From: Prevotella sp.
Lineage (GTDB): Bacteria > Bacteroidota > Bacteroidia > Bacteroidales > Bacteroidaceae
Assembly: GCA_029054825.1 (NCBI GenBank)
Contig: JAIDEM010000116.1
Coordinates: 1 to 61,536, forward strand
Length of the DNA: 61,536 nucleotides
Direction of reading: 5' to 3'
Numbering within the stretch: the stretch's first letter is position 1; each line of letters opens with the position of its first letter. The notes beneath the pieces are model-generated. The model made no database searches. It was not told the origin of the DNA and saw only the letters and a program-made list of their open reading frames with translations. Shown here one piece after another: positions 42,550 to 52,558 of the stretch. The translations under genes and the position numbers were made by a program.

Positions 42550-43125
42550 ATGGAAAAAGGAAAACTTCTTATATTCAGCGCACCGAGCGGCTCGGGCAAG
42601 TCTACCATAGTGCAGTGGCTCATGCAGGAACATCCCGAACTGAACATGCACTTCTCCATCTCGTGTACCACGCGGAAGCCGCGCGGAACGGAGCAGAACG
42701 GCGTGGAATACTTCTTCCTCACACCCGAGGAGTTCCGCGAGAAGATTGCCCGTGACGAGTTCGTGGAGTACGAGGAGGTGTACACCGACAAGTTCTACGG
42801 CACGCTCAAGTCGCAGGTGACAAGCCAGACAGACAACGGCGACAACGTCGTCTTCGACATCGATGTCAAGGGCGGATGCAACATCAAGCGCCAATACGGC
42901 TCTCAGGCTCTCAGCATCTTCATCCAGCCGCCGTCAACAGAGGAGCTCCGCCGCCGTCTCACAGGACGCGGGACAGACGCTCCCGAGGTGATAGAGCAAC
43001 GCCTTGCAAAGGCCGAATACGAACTTTCGTTCGCCCCAAGGTTCGACACTGTGGTCGTCAACGATGACCTCGAGACTGCCAAGCAGGAGACTTTGGAGAA
43101 GATACGCAAGTTCCTTGCCGAGTAA
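42550..43125 (+). CDS. gmk: Guanylate kinase
   Basis: SAPSGSGKST, SCTTRKPRGTE, YGT, DIDVKG. Confidence 0.97.
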   Translation: MEKGKLLIFSAPSGSGKSTIVQWLMQEHPELNMHFSISCTTRKPRGTEQNGVEYFFLTPEEFREKIARDEFVEYEEVYTDKFYGTLKSQVTSQTDNGDNVVFDIDVKGGCNIKRQYGSQALSIFIQPPSTEELRRRLTGRGTDAPEVIEQRLAKAEYELSFAPRFDTVVVNDDLETAKQETLEKIRKFLAE

Positions 43126-43169
43126 TGTATAACACACTGGTATACAGTACGTTGTAAAGAACCCTGCAA

Positions 43170-43248
43170 AAGGGTGACCTTTCACCCCTTAAAGGGTGAC
43201 ACTTTACATTGCGAAAGGTCACCCTTTGCTCCATGAAAGGTCACCTTT
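43170..43248. repeat. 22-bp-period array of 4 palindromes AARGGTNACCYTT (array 4)
   Basis: Cores at 43173, 43195, 43217, 43239. Confidence 0.9.
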
Positions 43249-43390
43249 TGTGACTTAGTCGTATGGTTGCTCCGTCGTTTGGTAATTTGTTACAGCGATG
43301 ATTCAGGCTACAGCGACTATAACGCTTGTAAGGTTCTGCCACACGGAAGGTCGCTTTCAACAAATCCGTCCGGCACACCCTCACCGCTAA

Positions 43391-43517
43391 TGTAGGGACG
43401 TACCGTGGTGCGTCCGGCATGCGTGGAACGCATAGCAGTTCGAGACATTAAGAAACAACAATGCGTGTACTTGGCGTTTTACGCCTCTTGAGGGACGCAA
43501 CATGGCACGTCCCAACA
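43391..43517. repeat. REP-like inverted doublet (REPIN-like), GTAG-type
   Basis: GTAG-GGACG-taccgtggtg-CGTCC at 43392; inverted copy GTTG-GGACG-tgccatgttg-CGTCC on - strand at 43493-43516. Confidence 0.65.
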
Positions 43518-44158
43518 TTTTACGCACTACAATAACCACACAACCCACGACCTATAACCGACCGACATACAGGAAAATCGGGCTATTCGGAGGCACATTC
43601 GACCCCATACACCTCGCCCATACAGCGCTCGCCAAGGCCTTCTTCCGACAGCTTGCACTCGATGAGGTATGGTTTCTCGTCACGCCGCAGAATCCATGGA
43701 AGACGGACAGCACGCTGTCTCCTGACGGCGACCGCCTCCAAATGGCGCGCCTCGCGCTTGAAGGCGAGGAGGGACTGGCGGCCTCCGACTATGAGTTTCA
43801 TCTCGAGAAGCCGTCCTTTTCCTACCGCACGCTGAGACATCTCCGCGAGGATTTCCCCGATACGGAGTTCACACTGCTCATCGGCGGCGACAACTGGGCG
43901 GCTTTCGACAAGTGGGCGGAGTACCGCGAGATTCTCCTCCATCACCCCGTGGCTGTCTATCCGCGCAACGGCAGCAGCCTCACCACCTCCAAGGCACTGG
44001 ACGACATTGACTTCCGGCTGACCATTGTACGGCAGCCGCTACTGGACATCAGCAGCACGGATATACGCCGCCGTGTCAGGGAAGGCATGGATATAAAGGG
44101 GCTCGTCGCCCCTGCCGTGGCGGATTATATCCACAGAAACGGGCTTTACTCTGTGTAG
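43502..44158 (+). CDS. nadD: Nicotinate-nucleotide adenylyltransferase
   Basis: IGLFGGTFDPIHLAH, PQNPWK, LIGGD, ISSTDIR; start uncertain. Confidence 0.93.
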   Translation: MARPNILRTTITTQPTTYNRPTYRKIGLFGGTFDPIHLAHTALAKAFFRQLALDEVWFLVTPQNPWKTDSTLSPDGDRLQMARLALEGEEGLAASDYEFHLEKPSFSYRTLRHLREDFPDTEFTLLIGGDNWAAFDKWAEYREILLHHPVAVYPRNGSSLTTSKALDDIDFRLTIVRQPLLDISSTDIRRRVREGMDIKGLVAPAVADYIHRNGLYSV

Positions 44159-44284
44159 AAGCAATGGTTGCAGGTCTCAGGTGGGCGGTTACAGGTTCCC
44201 GACTGTAGGTCTTGGGGCTATTCCGGCTGTCAGCCAAAGGCCTACAACCTGAAGTCCATAACCTCAAACTCTAAACAGACATCA

Positions 44285-46123
44285 ATGAAAAACTGGAAAC
44301 GCTGGCTTGACATAATCACCATACCGATAGTGAGAAACTCCGAGTTTCTTGTCTTCATGTTCGCCCTCGGCATCGTCTCCGCGACACTCTCCGTAGACTA
44401 TGCCCACAAGGCGAAGCTCTACGAGTATGCCTGGGAAGAACTGTTCTTCTGCCTCTACGCCGTCTGCGCCGTGCTCGCCATTTTTCCGGGACGTCTCCGC
44501 GCCGTGGCAAGGGGCATCATCTACGCCGTGGCATATCCCGTGACCATTGTCGACATGTACTGCTTCGTGAAGTTCGAGACGACACTCAACCCCTCCATCC
44601 TCATGCTCGTCAACGAGACGGACACACGAGAGACTGGCGAGTTCTTCGCCGCATACCTGTCGCCGGACATCATGCTGACAAACGTGGGATGGCTACTCCT
44701 CGTGCTCCTCCTCCATATACTATGGTCTATACACAGGAAACTACGGCGCCCCGAAAGGCTCGTCATGCTGGAGACTGACGCCGTCGCCACGATAAAGAAG
44801 GCGCGTCCGCTGTGGAACATACTCACGGCAGTGTGCCTAATCATCTCCGGCACGGCATGCTTCCCCAACCTGAAAAGCCTCCACAGCCTCATGTCGCAGA
44901 AGACAGTTGGCGACATAGAGCACAGACTTACCGAGAAAGACTGCGGCAAACAGTATCTCCCCATGTACCGTTTCGCCTTCAGTGTCTACGCCAACCACCT
45001 CGCGGCGAAGCAGATAGACATAATGCACGAGGTGGCGAAGACCGTCACCGTGGACAGCTGCCGATACACCTCGCCTAATATAGTGCTCATCATAGGCGAG
45101 GCTTACTGCAAGCGCCACGCCAGCCTCTACGGCTACCATCTGCCGACAACGCCACGCCAGGAGGCGATGATGAAGAGGGGCGAACTCGTGCCTTACACCG
45201 ATGTCGTCACTCCATGGAATCTCACAAGCTATGTATTCAAGCATATCATGTCGACATATACCGTAGGAGACAAGGGCGACTGGTGCGACTATCCGCTGTT
45301 CGGCGAGATATTCCGCAAGGCAGGATACCATGTGACATTCCTCACAAACGAGTTCCTGCCTAAGGCTAAGCAGGCTGTCTACGACTTCAGCGGCGGATTC
45401 TTCCTCAACGACCCGGAGATGTCCGCAGCACAGTTTGATGCACGCAACGACCGCCTCCACATCTTCGACGAGGGGCTCCTTGACGACTACAAGGCAGTAC
45501 AGGAACGGCGCGCTCACGACGGGGACACCCTCCAGCAAGGCAACCTCACCATCTTCCACCTCATAGGACAGCATCAGAACTACCGTGTGAGATGCCCGAA
45601 ATCGAAGAAGCACTTCACCCTCGCCGACTATGACGACCGTGAGGACCTCCGCCCAAAATGGAAGAAGAACGTCTGCGACTATGACAACGCCACACTGTAT
45701 AACGACTCCATCGTCTGTGAGATAACAAAGCTGTTCGAGAACACCAACACCGTGGTGATATACATGCCTGACCACGGCGAGGAGGTGCACTCGCGAGAAC
45801 TGCCGCACTTCAGCGGAAGGATGCACTCCACGACCATAACAGAGCGTCTTGCACGGGAAGAGTTCGAGATACCGTTCTGGATATGGGCATCGAAGTCTTA
45901 CCGCACGTCCCATCCCGAGATATGGCAGACCATCAAGTCGTCCGCAAGCAAGCCGTACATGACCGACGCCCTGCCCCATCTTCTCATGTATCTTGCAGGC
46001 ATAGAGTGCAGATACTACCGTGACGACCTCAATATCCTCTCGCCCGGATATAACGCCCGAAGGCCGCGAATCCTAAAGCATCAGACCGACTATGATGTCG
46101 TGATGAAGAGGAAAGGACAATAA
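44285..46123 (+). CDS. Phosphoethanolamine transferase (EptA-like, sulfatase fold)
   Basis: N-terminal TM segments, VLIIGEA, HLIGQH, YDNATLYND, YMPDHGEE. Confidence 0.85.
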   Translation: MKNWKRWLDIITIPIVRNSEFLVFMFALGIVSATLSVDYAHKAKLYEYAWEELFFCLYAVCAVLAIFPGRLRAVARGIIYAVAYPVTIVDMYCFVKFETTLNPSILMLVNETDTRETGEFFAAYLSPDIMLTNVGWLLLVLLLHILWSIHRKLRRPERLVMLETDAVATIKKARPLWNILTAVCLIISGTACFPNLKSLHSLMSQKTVGDIEHRLTEKDCGKQYLPMYRFAFSVYANHLAAKQIDIMHEVAKTVTVDSCRYTSPNIVLIIGEAYCKRHASLYGYHLPTTPRQEAMMKRGELVPYTDVVTPWNLTSYVFKHIMSTYTVGDKGDWCDYPLFGEIFRKAGYHVTFLTNEFLPKAKQAVYDFSGGFFLNDPEMSAAQFDARNDRLHIFDEGLLDDYKAVQERRAHDGDTLQQGNLTIFHLIGQHQNYRVRCPKSKKHFTLADYDDREDLRPKWKKNVCDYDNATLYNDSIVCEITKLFENTNTVVIYMPDHGEEVHSRELPHFSGRMHSTTITERLAREEFEIPFWIWASKSYRTSHPEIWQTIKSSASKPYMTDALPHLLMYLAGIECRYYRDDLNILSPGYNARRPRILKHQTDYDVVMKRKGQ

Positions 46124-46154
46124 CCTTAACCCTGTCCATGACCTTAACGGTGCA

Positions 46155-46304
46155 AAAACCGAAACCCAAGACCCATAACCATATAACCCTTATTCCGGCT
46201 ATCAACCAAAAACCATCAACCTATAACCCTAAACCAATCACCGCATAACCGTGATACATCCGTATAACCGTGCAATAACCGCAAAAACCGCATACAAACC
46301 GCAA
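46155..46304. repeat. A/C-rich 7-9 bp periodic repeat upstream of acyltransferase 1
   Basis: ctattccggctatc; accgcataaccgtgatacatccgtataaccgtgcaataaccgc. Confidence 0.7.
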
Positions 46305-46306
46305 CA

Positions 46307-47419
46307 ATGACCAATGACCTCATAACACGCCGCCAGTCGGCGGCGATGCGCGGGATAGCCATCCTCGCCATCGTACTGCACAACTACACACACTGGCTCG
46401 GTCCTATGGTGAAGGAGAACGAATACACCTTCTCTCGACACAATGTCGGACGGATGCTGTCGGAAGCGGCACATCCGTCATGGGACATCGTGGCACATCT
46501 GCTGTCGTTTTTCGGACATTACGGCGTGCCGGTGTTCGTCTTCCTCAGTGCATACGGCCTCGTTATGAAATACGAAGGCGGAGCCTCACACACCGCCACG
46601 CCACGGTCAGCCTGTAAGGAGGAGAGCGCATGGGCCTTCACTCGTAAGCATTTCAGGAAACTGTGGATAATGATGGCCGTGGGATACACAGCCTTTGTCC
46701 TCATGGACTACATGACGCCGGGACCGTACCGTTACACATTCTGGAACATTGTAGGACAGCTCGGCCTCTTCAGCAACCTCTATGCCGACCCAGACCATGC
46801 CATCTGGCCCGGACCATACTGGTATTTCGGACTCACGATGCAGCTGTATCTCGTCTACCGCTTCCTGATATATCCCGGCAAGACATCGCTTTGCGGATAC
46901 CTTTCTGCACGATGGCGCGTGTATATCCCTGTCATCATCACCGCCGGGTGTATCGCTGTACAGCTCTCTCTCGACCCTATGGGCAAGAGCCTCAACTGGT
47001 TTCGTTATAACTGCTTCGGCAATCTGCCGGTCTTCGCCATGGGAGTGCTCTACGCAAGGATGGCGCGCCACAGGGAGACCTCACGCGCCATGTATGCCGC
47101 AACGGCACTTGCGGCGACACTGGGCGTGGCGGTATGCAGCCTTGACTTCACCTTATGGACCTTCGCACCGTTCTTCGTCTGCATCGGTTCGGCGACGATT
47201 GTCCGCGCATTGCCCGAGACTCTGCTGAGCCCCCTGGCATGGACAGGCGGCATATCGGCGGCAATGTTCGTGTGCCACCCTGTCACAAGGAAAGTGATAA
47301 TCCCCATATCGCGCCACGGGGAGATATACGCCGGACTTCTGCTGTATATCGTGGCGACGATAATTCTCGCCATTATCTTCAGGAAAGTGACAGACATCGT
47401 CTCGGAATACATGAAGTGA
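46307..47419 (+). CDS. Acyltransferase family 3 membrane protein
   Basis: MRGIAILAIVLH, GVPVFVFLSAYGL, YWYFGL..QLY; multi-TM. Confidence 0.85.
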   Translation: MTNDLITRRQSAAMRGIAILAIVLHNYTHWLGPMVKENEYTFSRHNVGRMLSEAAHPSWDIVAHLLSFFGHYGVPVFVFLSAYGLVMKYEGGASHTATPRSACKEESAWAFTRKHFRKLWIMMAVGYTAFVLMDYMTPGPYRYTFWNIVGQLGLFSNLYADPDHAIWPGPYWYFGLTMQLYLVYRFLIYPGKTSLCGYLSARWRVYIPVIITAGCIAVQLSLDPMGKSLNWFRYNCFGNLPVFAMGVLYARMARHRETSRAMYAATALAATLGVAVCSLDFTLWTFAPFFVCIGSATIVRALPETLLSPLAWTGGISAAMFVCHPVTRKVIIPISRHGEIYAGLLLYIVATIILAIIFRKVTDIVSEYMK

Positions 47420-47424
47420 AGACA

Positions 47425-47536
47425 GAAAACCGGATAACCTCACAACCACATAACCTTACGACCCCAAACCGCATAATCGTATAACCGCCTGACCGAATAA
47501 CCGTACAACCGTGTAATATCCGCATAACCGCACAAA
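47425..47536. repeat. A/C-rich 8-bp periodic repeat upstream of acyltransferase 2
   Basis: taaccgcctgaccgaataaccgtacaaccgtgtaatatccgcataaccgc. Confidence 0.7.
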
Positions 47537-47539
47537 AAC

Positions 47540-48571
47540 ATGAAGACAAAAGACATCAGCCTTGCCGACATATCGCGCTTCCGTGCAGAGCTCATGGGAG
47601 TGGCGATGATAATCGTTGTGCTCTTCCACGTCTCACTGCCGCGCTCCGATGCGTTCTTCGGACTGAGGCGGATGGGCAATCTCGGAGTGGACATCTTCCT
47701 CTTCCTGAGCGGCATGGGACTATGGTTCTCATGGATGAAGACCACCATTTCCGATGCTCCTCTATGGAAGAAGTGGAAGGATTTCTACTGGCGGCGACTC
47801 GTGAGGATATACCCGGCATGGCTTGTGGTGGCATCCCTCTACTATATCCCCCGCTTCATGGGACACGAACAGCACACCACGGCGGCATGGATAGACCTCT
47901 TTCTCGACATAGCCATAAACTGGAACTTCTGGACACGTGACGAACTGACATTCTGGTACATACCTGCCACGATGATGCTCTATATCTTCGCGCCACCTTA
48001 TATGCAGCTGGTGCACAAGCATCCCGTATTCCGCTGGCTTGTGGCGGGTATGCTCATGTGGTGCGTTGTGGTGCAGTATGTCACACCGATACACAACGCC
48101 GTGGGACACATCGAGATATTCTGGAGCCGCGTGCCGATATTCTTCCTCGGCATAAACATGGCGGAGAGCATCAGGAGGAAAGACACTGTAGACGGCACGG
48201 CGATATGGCTGACGCTGTTTCTCTTCACCCTCTCCCTTGCCTCCTGTGTATGGCTGGAGCAGTTCAGGCATGGCAAATTCCCGCTGTTCCTTGAGAGAAT
48301 GCTCTACATCCCTCTCGCCGTGACGACGATACTGCTGCTCTGCAAGGCATTCTGCCATACACCTCAGTGGACAAGACGTTGCGCGGCATTCGTCGGGACG
48401 ATATCCCTCGAGATGTATCTCATACACGTGGAGTTTGTCCTGCGTCCCGTAGAACGGCACCATCTCGGATACTGGCCCACATTCCTCATCATCATTGCCG
48501 TCGCCGTCCCTCTCTCATGGCTGCTCCATAAGGCAGTGTCCAGGGTGACAAAGATGCTCTCCCTGACATGA
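47540..48571 (+). CDS. Acyltransferase family 3 membrane protein
   Basis: RAELMGVAM..FH, GVDIFLFLSGMGL, FYWRRLVRIYP, WYIP, ISLEMYLIH. Confidence 0.88.
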   Translation: MKTKDISLADISRFRAELMGVAMIIVVLFHVSLPRSDAFFGLRRMGNLGVDIFLFLSGMGLWFSWMKTTISDAPLWKKWKDFYWRRLVRIYPAWLVVASLYYIPRFMGHEQHTTAAWIDLFLDIAINWNFWTRDELTFWYIPATMMLYIFAPPYMQLVHKHPVFRWLVAGMLMWCVVVQYVTPIHNAVGHIEIFWSRVPIFFLGINMAESIRRKDTVDGTAIWLTLFLFTLSLASCVWLEQFRHGKFPLFLERMLYIPLAVTTILLLCKAFCHTPQWTRRCAAFVGTISLEMYLIHVEFVLRPVERHHLGYWPTFLIIIAVAVPLSWLLHKAVSRVTKMLSLT

Positions 48572-48668
48572 AAGCCCTGACATGCAGACAGCAGACCGAC
48601 AAATATCAAGAAGAAAACCGATACATACCGAGAAGCATATTGATACATACTGAAAAAACAGACATCAC

Positions 48669-49559
48669 ATGAAAAGCATCATACGACTGACCCGTCCGCA
48701 CCAATGGATAAAGAACGCCTTTATCTTCATGCCGATGTTCTTCGGCGGAGCATTGACAAATACGGCAAGCATCGTCAACACCCTTATCGCTTTCCTTGCC
48801 TACAGCTTCGCGGCATCGTCAATATACTGCTACAATGACATCATAGATGTAGAGGACGACCGCAGGCATTCAGAGAAACGCAAACGCCCTATAGCCTCTG
48901 GGGCGATAACCGTAGGACAAGGATATGCCATCATGCTGATGATGTTCTCCCTCTCCATGGCAATGGTATACACGCTCGGCGACAGGGCAACTGACTTGGG
49001 TTGCGTCATAGCCGCATACTATGTGCTCGACATAGCCTATTGCCGCCTGCTGAAAAGATACGCCATCGTAGATGTCTGCGTGCTGTCTTTCGGCTTCGTA
49101 CTGCGTATCCTTGCCGGAAGCGCAGCGACAGGTATCACGGCATCCCACTGGCTTGTGCTCATGACTTTCCTCCTGACACTGCTCCTCGGCTTTGCGAAAA
49201 GGCGCGACGACGTCATGAGAATGATGAAGACCGGTGAGGCTCCGCGCCATAATACGCACAGATACAACCTCTCGTTCATCAACCAGGCGGTGACAATCAC
49301 CGCGTCCGTGACCGTAGTGTGTTACATAATGTACACGATTTCGCCCGAACTGGCAGCGCGCCCGCACTCCGAATACATCTATCTCACTACCATTTTCGTC
49401 ATCCTCGGACTGCTGCGCTACATACAGCTCGCCGAGGTCGACGACGCCACGGGCGACCCTACACGGCTCCTGTATAAGGACCGTTTCCTGCAGACGGTCA
49501 TCATACTATGGGTGCTCTCCTACGTAATGATACTCTACGGAGGAGCGATACAACTGTAA
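48669..49559 (+). CDS. UbiA-family prenyltransferase, decaprenyl-phosphate phosphoribosyltransferase-like
   Basis: RPHQWIKN, YNDIIDVEDDRRH..KRKRPIASG, GFVLRILAG, KRR, GDPT. Confidence 0.88.
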   Translation: MKSIIRLTRPHQWIKNAFIFMPMFFGGALTNTASIVNTLIAFLAYSFAASSIYCYNDIIDVEDDRRHSEKRKRPIASGAITVGQGYAIMLMMFSLSMAMVYTLGDRATDLGCVIAAYYVLDIAYCRLLKRYAIVDVCVLSFGFVLRILAGSAATGITASHWLVLMTFLLTLLLGFAKRRDDVMRMMKTGEAPRHNTHRYNLSFINQAVTITASVTVVCYIMYTISPELAARPHSEYIYLTTIFVILGLLRYIQLAEVDDATGDPTRLLYKDRFLQTVIILWVLSYVMILYGGAIQL

Positions 49560-49662
49560 AACAACATCGCTGACAGCATACAAAGACGGCGCAAGCTACG
49601 CGAAAGAACTTCGCAGACCGCAAGAAACAACATCGCAGACCACAAGAAAACATCCTACAGAC

Positions 49663-50250
49663 TTGAAAAAGCTATTCGTTTCAGACTTTGACGGCACACT
49701 GACAACCGTCGATTCGATGATGTCCATCATCATCTTCCAGCGCGGAAGGCTCGGTCTTGCCCTTGCCTTGCTGCGCATAATGCCGTGGCTCGCACTGATG
49801 ATGGCTCACCTTTATTCCAACCAAAGGACAAAGGAGCGGCTGCTGCACCACTGCTTCGGCAGGATGAGCAAGGAGGAGTTCGACAGCTTCTGCCAACAAT
49901 TTGCCGATGCACACAGGCATATCCTCCGCACCGACCTTTACCAGCGGCTGAAGGAAGAAAAGAGGAAAGGCCATGAGGTGGTCATCGTCACGGCAAGCCC
50001 GGAGAACTGGGTGAGCCGTCTTGTGCCGGGATTCAAGGTGCTCGGCACGAAGATGGAATTCCATGAAAAAGGATTCACAGGCCGTTTCCTGTCACCGAAC
50101 TGCTACGGACCTGAGAAGGTCTGCCGCCTGAAACAGGAGTATCCTGACCTCCATGAGCACAGGGACGAGCACTACATCACAGCATTCGGCGACTCGCGCG
50201 GTGACAAGGAACTGCTGGAGTTTGCAGATGAAGGACATCTGATAAAATAA
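49663..50250 (+). CDS. HAD-IB family phosphatase
   Basis: DFDGTLT, VTAS, NCYGPEK, AFGDSRGD; TTG start. Confidence 0.88.
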   Translation: MKKLFVSDFDGTLTTVDSMMSIIIFQRGRLGLALALLRIMPWLALMMAHLYSNQRTKERLLHHCFGRMSKEEFDSFCQQFADAHRHILRTDLYQRLKEEKRKGHEVVIVTASPENWVSRLVPGFKVLGTKMEFHEKGFTGRFLSPNCYGPEKVCRLKQEYPDLHEHRDEHYITAFGDSRGDKELLEFADEGHLIK

Positions 50251-50400
50251 CCTTGCACACGGGATTCACAGGAAAAAAAAGACATCGATACCGAAAACAC
50301 AATACAAAACCATAAAGACCACGAGGGAAAAACAGGCTCACCGTCCGTTTTTCCCTCGTTTCCTTCATATTGGTCTGTCACTTTTGGGGCAAGCAGACGC

Positions 50401-51843
50401 TTACGTTCTCCGCTTCAGACTGAACGCGAACTCCACGCCTCCGCCAGGCATTGCGCTTGCGGTGATATTGCCTCCGTGAAGCATCACAGCATTCTTGACT
50501 ATCGCAAGTCCGAGACCCGTGCCGCCGAACGTCCTCCTGCGTCCCTTGTCTACCCTGTAGAAACGCTCGAAGATATGCGGTATGTGCTCCTCAGGGATGC
50601 CCGTACCGTTATCGGAAAGCCGGAAATGATACCAGTCCTTGTCCTCCACGCAGCGGATGACGATGGCAGTTCCCTCGCCCGAATAAGCTATGGCGTTGTC
50701 TATAAGATTGCGGAAGATGGAATAAATCATCGACGCGTCACCCATGATAGGCAGCGTGCTGCCGAGCGTATTGGTGATGGTCATGTGGCGTTCCGCCAGC
50801 TGCAGCGCCACCTCCTGCTGTATATCGTGGACTATCGCGGCAATGTCCGTCACCTGCATGTTCAGCGTATGGAGCACCTCGTCCATACGGTTCAGCGACG
50901 ATATGTCCTGCACGAGCTGCGCCAGCCTCTCGCTCTGCGCGTAGCAACGCCTGAGGAAATTGTCGCGCTGCTCCTCCGTGATGTCCGGATTGGCGAGGAT
51001 AGTCTCCAGATAGCCGTGGATGCTCGCCACAGGAGTATTCAGTTCGTGCGAGATATTCTGCGTCAACTGGCGTTTCAGGCGCAGCTTGTCCTCCTGGCTT
51101 TCCTGCAGACGCTTGTACAGAAGGACGATATTCTGCGATATCTCCCCCAGTTCCGTGTCAGGGAAAGCCGCCGCCTCACGCTCCGCATCGTAGTTCTCAC
51201 CGCTGCCGGCAAGCGTCGCGAACCGCCTCAGCTGTGCTACCGACTTGCCCAGACGGCGCGTATACAGCCAGAAGACCACCATGATGAAGATGCTTGCGAC
51301 AAGCGTCATGCCAATCGGTGTCATGTCAGCGCGCAGATATTCCTCCAGCTCGAAGTCGTAAGGCAACGCCGTCCTCACGATGAAGCCTTGTTGCGGGAAA
51401 TATGTCGCGGCATAGAAATAGTTCCCGTTCATGGTGTCCGAGTGGCGGTTTATCTCAAAACCCTCGCCAGAGACGAGAGCTCTCTTGACCTCAGGACGCT
51501 CCAGATGGTTGGCCATGGAAGAGTAAGGATGCGGCCCGTTGTCGTACAAGACCTTGCCACGGGTGTCGAGCAGCGTGATGCGCAGTCCGCGCAGAGGATG
51601 GTTTCCGACGTATGCCGTGAGCACAGAGTCCTTCAAGCCTCCCGTGCCGGCGATGCTTTCCGCCAGCTGATGGTTGTAGTCCTTCAGGCGAGTGTGCAGC
51701 AGTCCGATCTTGAACTGCTTCTCCCTCTGGTACTGATAAGATATGAATCCCGCCACAAACACCGAGAACAGCATGAGCACGGTGATGAAAAGCTGGCGGC
51801 TGAGTGATGTTGTATGTCTCATTGTATTCCTCCTTCCCGTCAT
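50401..51843 (-). CDS. Sensor histidine kinase (PhoR-like)
   Basis: Two TMs, NHLERPEV, ISHELNTP, NLIDNA, FERFYRVDKG, GTGLGLAIVK. Confidence 0.93.
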   Translation of the reverse strand: MTGRRNTMRHTTSLSRQLFITVLMLFSVFVAGFISYQYQREKQFKIGLLHTRLKDYNHQLAESIAGTGGLKDSVLTAYVGNHPLRGLRITLLDTRGKVLYDNGPHPYSSMANHLERPEVKRALVSGEGFEINRHSDTMNGNYFYAATYFPQQGFIVRTALPYDFELEEYLRADMTPIGMTLVASIFIMVVFWLYTRRLGKSVAQLRRFATLAGSGENYDAEREAAAFPDTELGEISQNIVLLYKRLQESQEDKLRLKRQLTQNISHELNTPVASIHGYLETILANPDITEEQRDNFLRRCYAQSERLAQLVQDISSLNRMDEVLHTLNMQVTDIAAIVHDIQQEVALQLAERHMTITNTLGSTLPIMGDASMIYSIFRNLIDNAIAYSGEGTAIVIRCVEDKDWYHFRLSDNGTGIPEEHIPHIFERFYRVDKGRRRTFGGTGLGLAIVKNAVMLHGGNITASAMPGGGVEFAFSLKRRT

Positions 51844-52535
51844 TTGTCAAACGAATATCCGTATCCCTGACGTGTTCGGATACGGTCGCCATAATGTCCT
51901 ATCTTCTTTCTCAGACGCGTTATGTTTACGTCTACCGTACGGTCGAGCACATAAACGTCGTCATCCCATACACGTGAGAGTATGTCCTGACGCGAGAATA
52001 CCCTTCCGGCGTTGCCGGCAAGGAGCAGGAGTATCTCAAACTCCTTCTTCGTCAGCGCCACGTCAGCGCCGTCAACGGTGACGCGCTTGGCGGCAGTATC
52101 TATGAAGAGACCTTCAAAGGATACCGTCCCCGCCATACCTTCACGGCGCGCGACGGCAGCGTTTCCGGAACGGCGCAGCACCGCCTCAACACGCGCCGCC
52201 ACCTCCCTTATCCTGAAAGGCTTGGTGATATAGTCGTCGGCTCCCATCGAGAGCCCCTTCACGGTGTCGTCCTCCTTGTCCCTTGCCGTTATGAATATTA
52301 TAGGTATAGAAGCCGTCTCCCTGCGGCGTTTCAGCATGGCGGCAAGAGCCATGCCGCTGATTTCGCCCATCATGATGTCAAGCAGCATGATGTCGTACGA
52401 GGCGAGGTCAAGGTCGAGAGCCTCCTCTGAGGAGGCTGCGGTGTCCACTTCATACCCTTCCTTCTCGAGGTTGAACTTGAGAATCTCTCTCAGATCCTCC
52501 TCATCATCGACAACAAGTATTCTACGTTTCATCAT
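51840..52535 (-). CDS. OmpR/PhoB-family response regulator
   Basis: ILVVDDE, LLDIMM, GADDYITKPF, LTKKEFEIL, RTVDVNITRLRKK. Confidence 0.95.
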   Translation of the reverse strand: MMKRRILVVDDEEDLREILKFNLEKEGYEVDTAASSEEALDLDLASYDIMLLDIMMGEISGMALAAMLKRRRETASIPIIFITARDKEDDTVKGLSMGADDYITKPFRIREVAARVEAVLRRSGNAAVARREGMAGTVSFEGLFIDTAAKRVTVDGADVALTKKEFEILLLLAGNAGRVFSRQDILSRVWDDDVYVLDRTVDVNITRLRKKIGHYGDRIRTRQGYGYSFDK

Positions 52536-52558
52536 ATATTCCTGTTTTTTACACGGTG

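Noticed and set aside
50476-51807. 443-aa ORF antisense to the histidine kinase (likewise 53719..55056, 30975..32300, 41734..42894, 44837..45979, 217..1122)
   Set aside because: Shadow ORFs opposite well-supported genes, expected from codon bias, with no recognisable motifs
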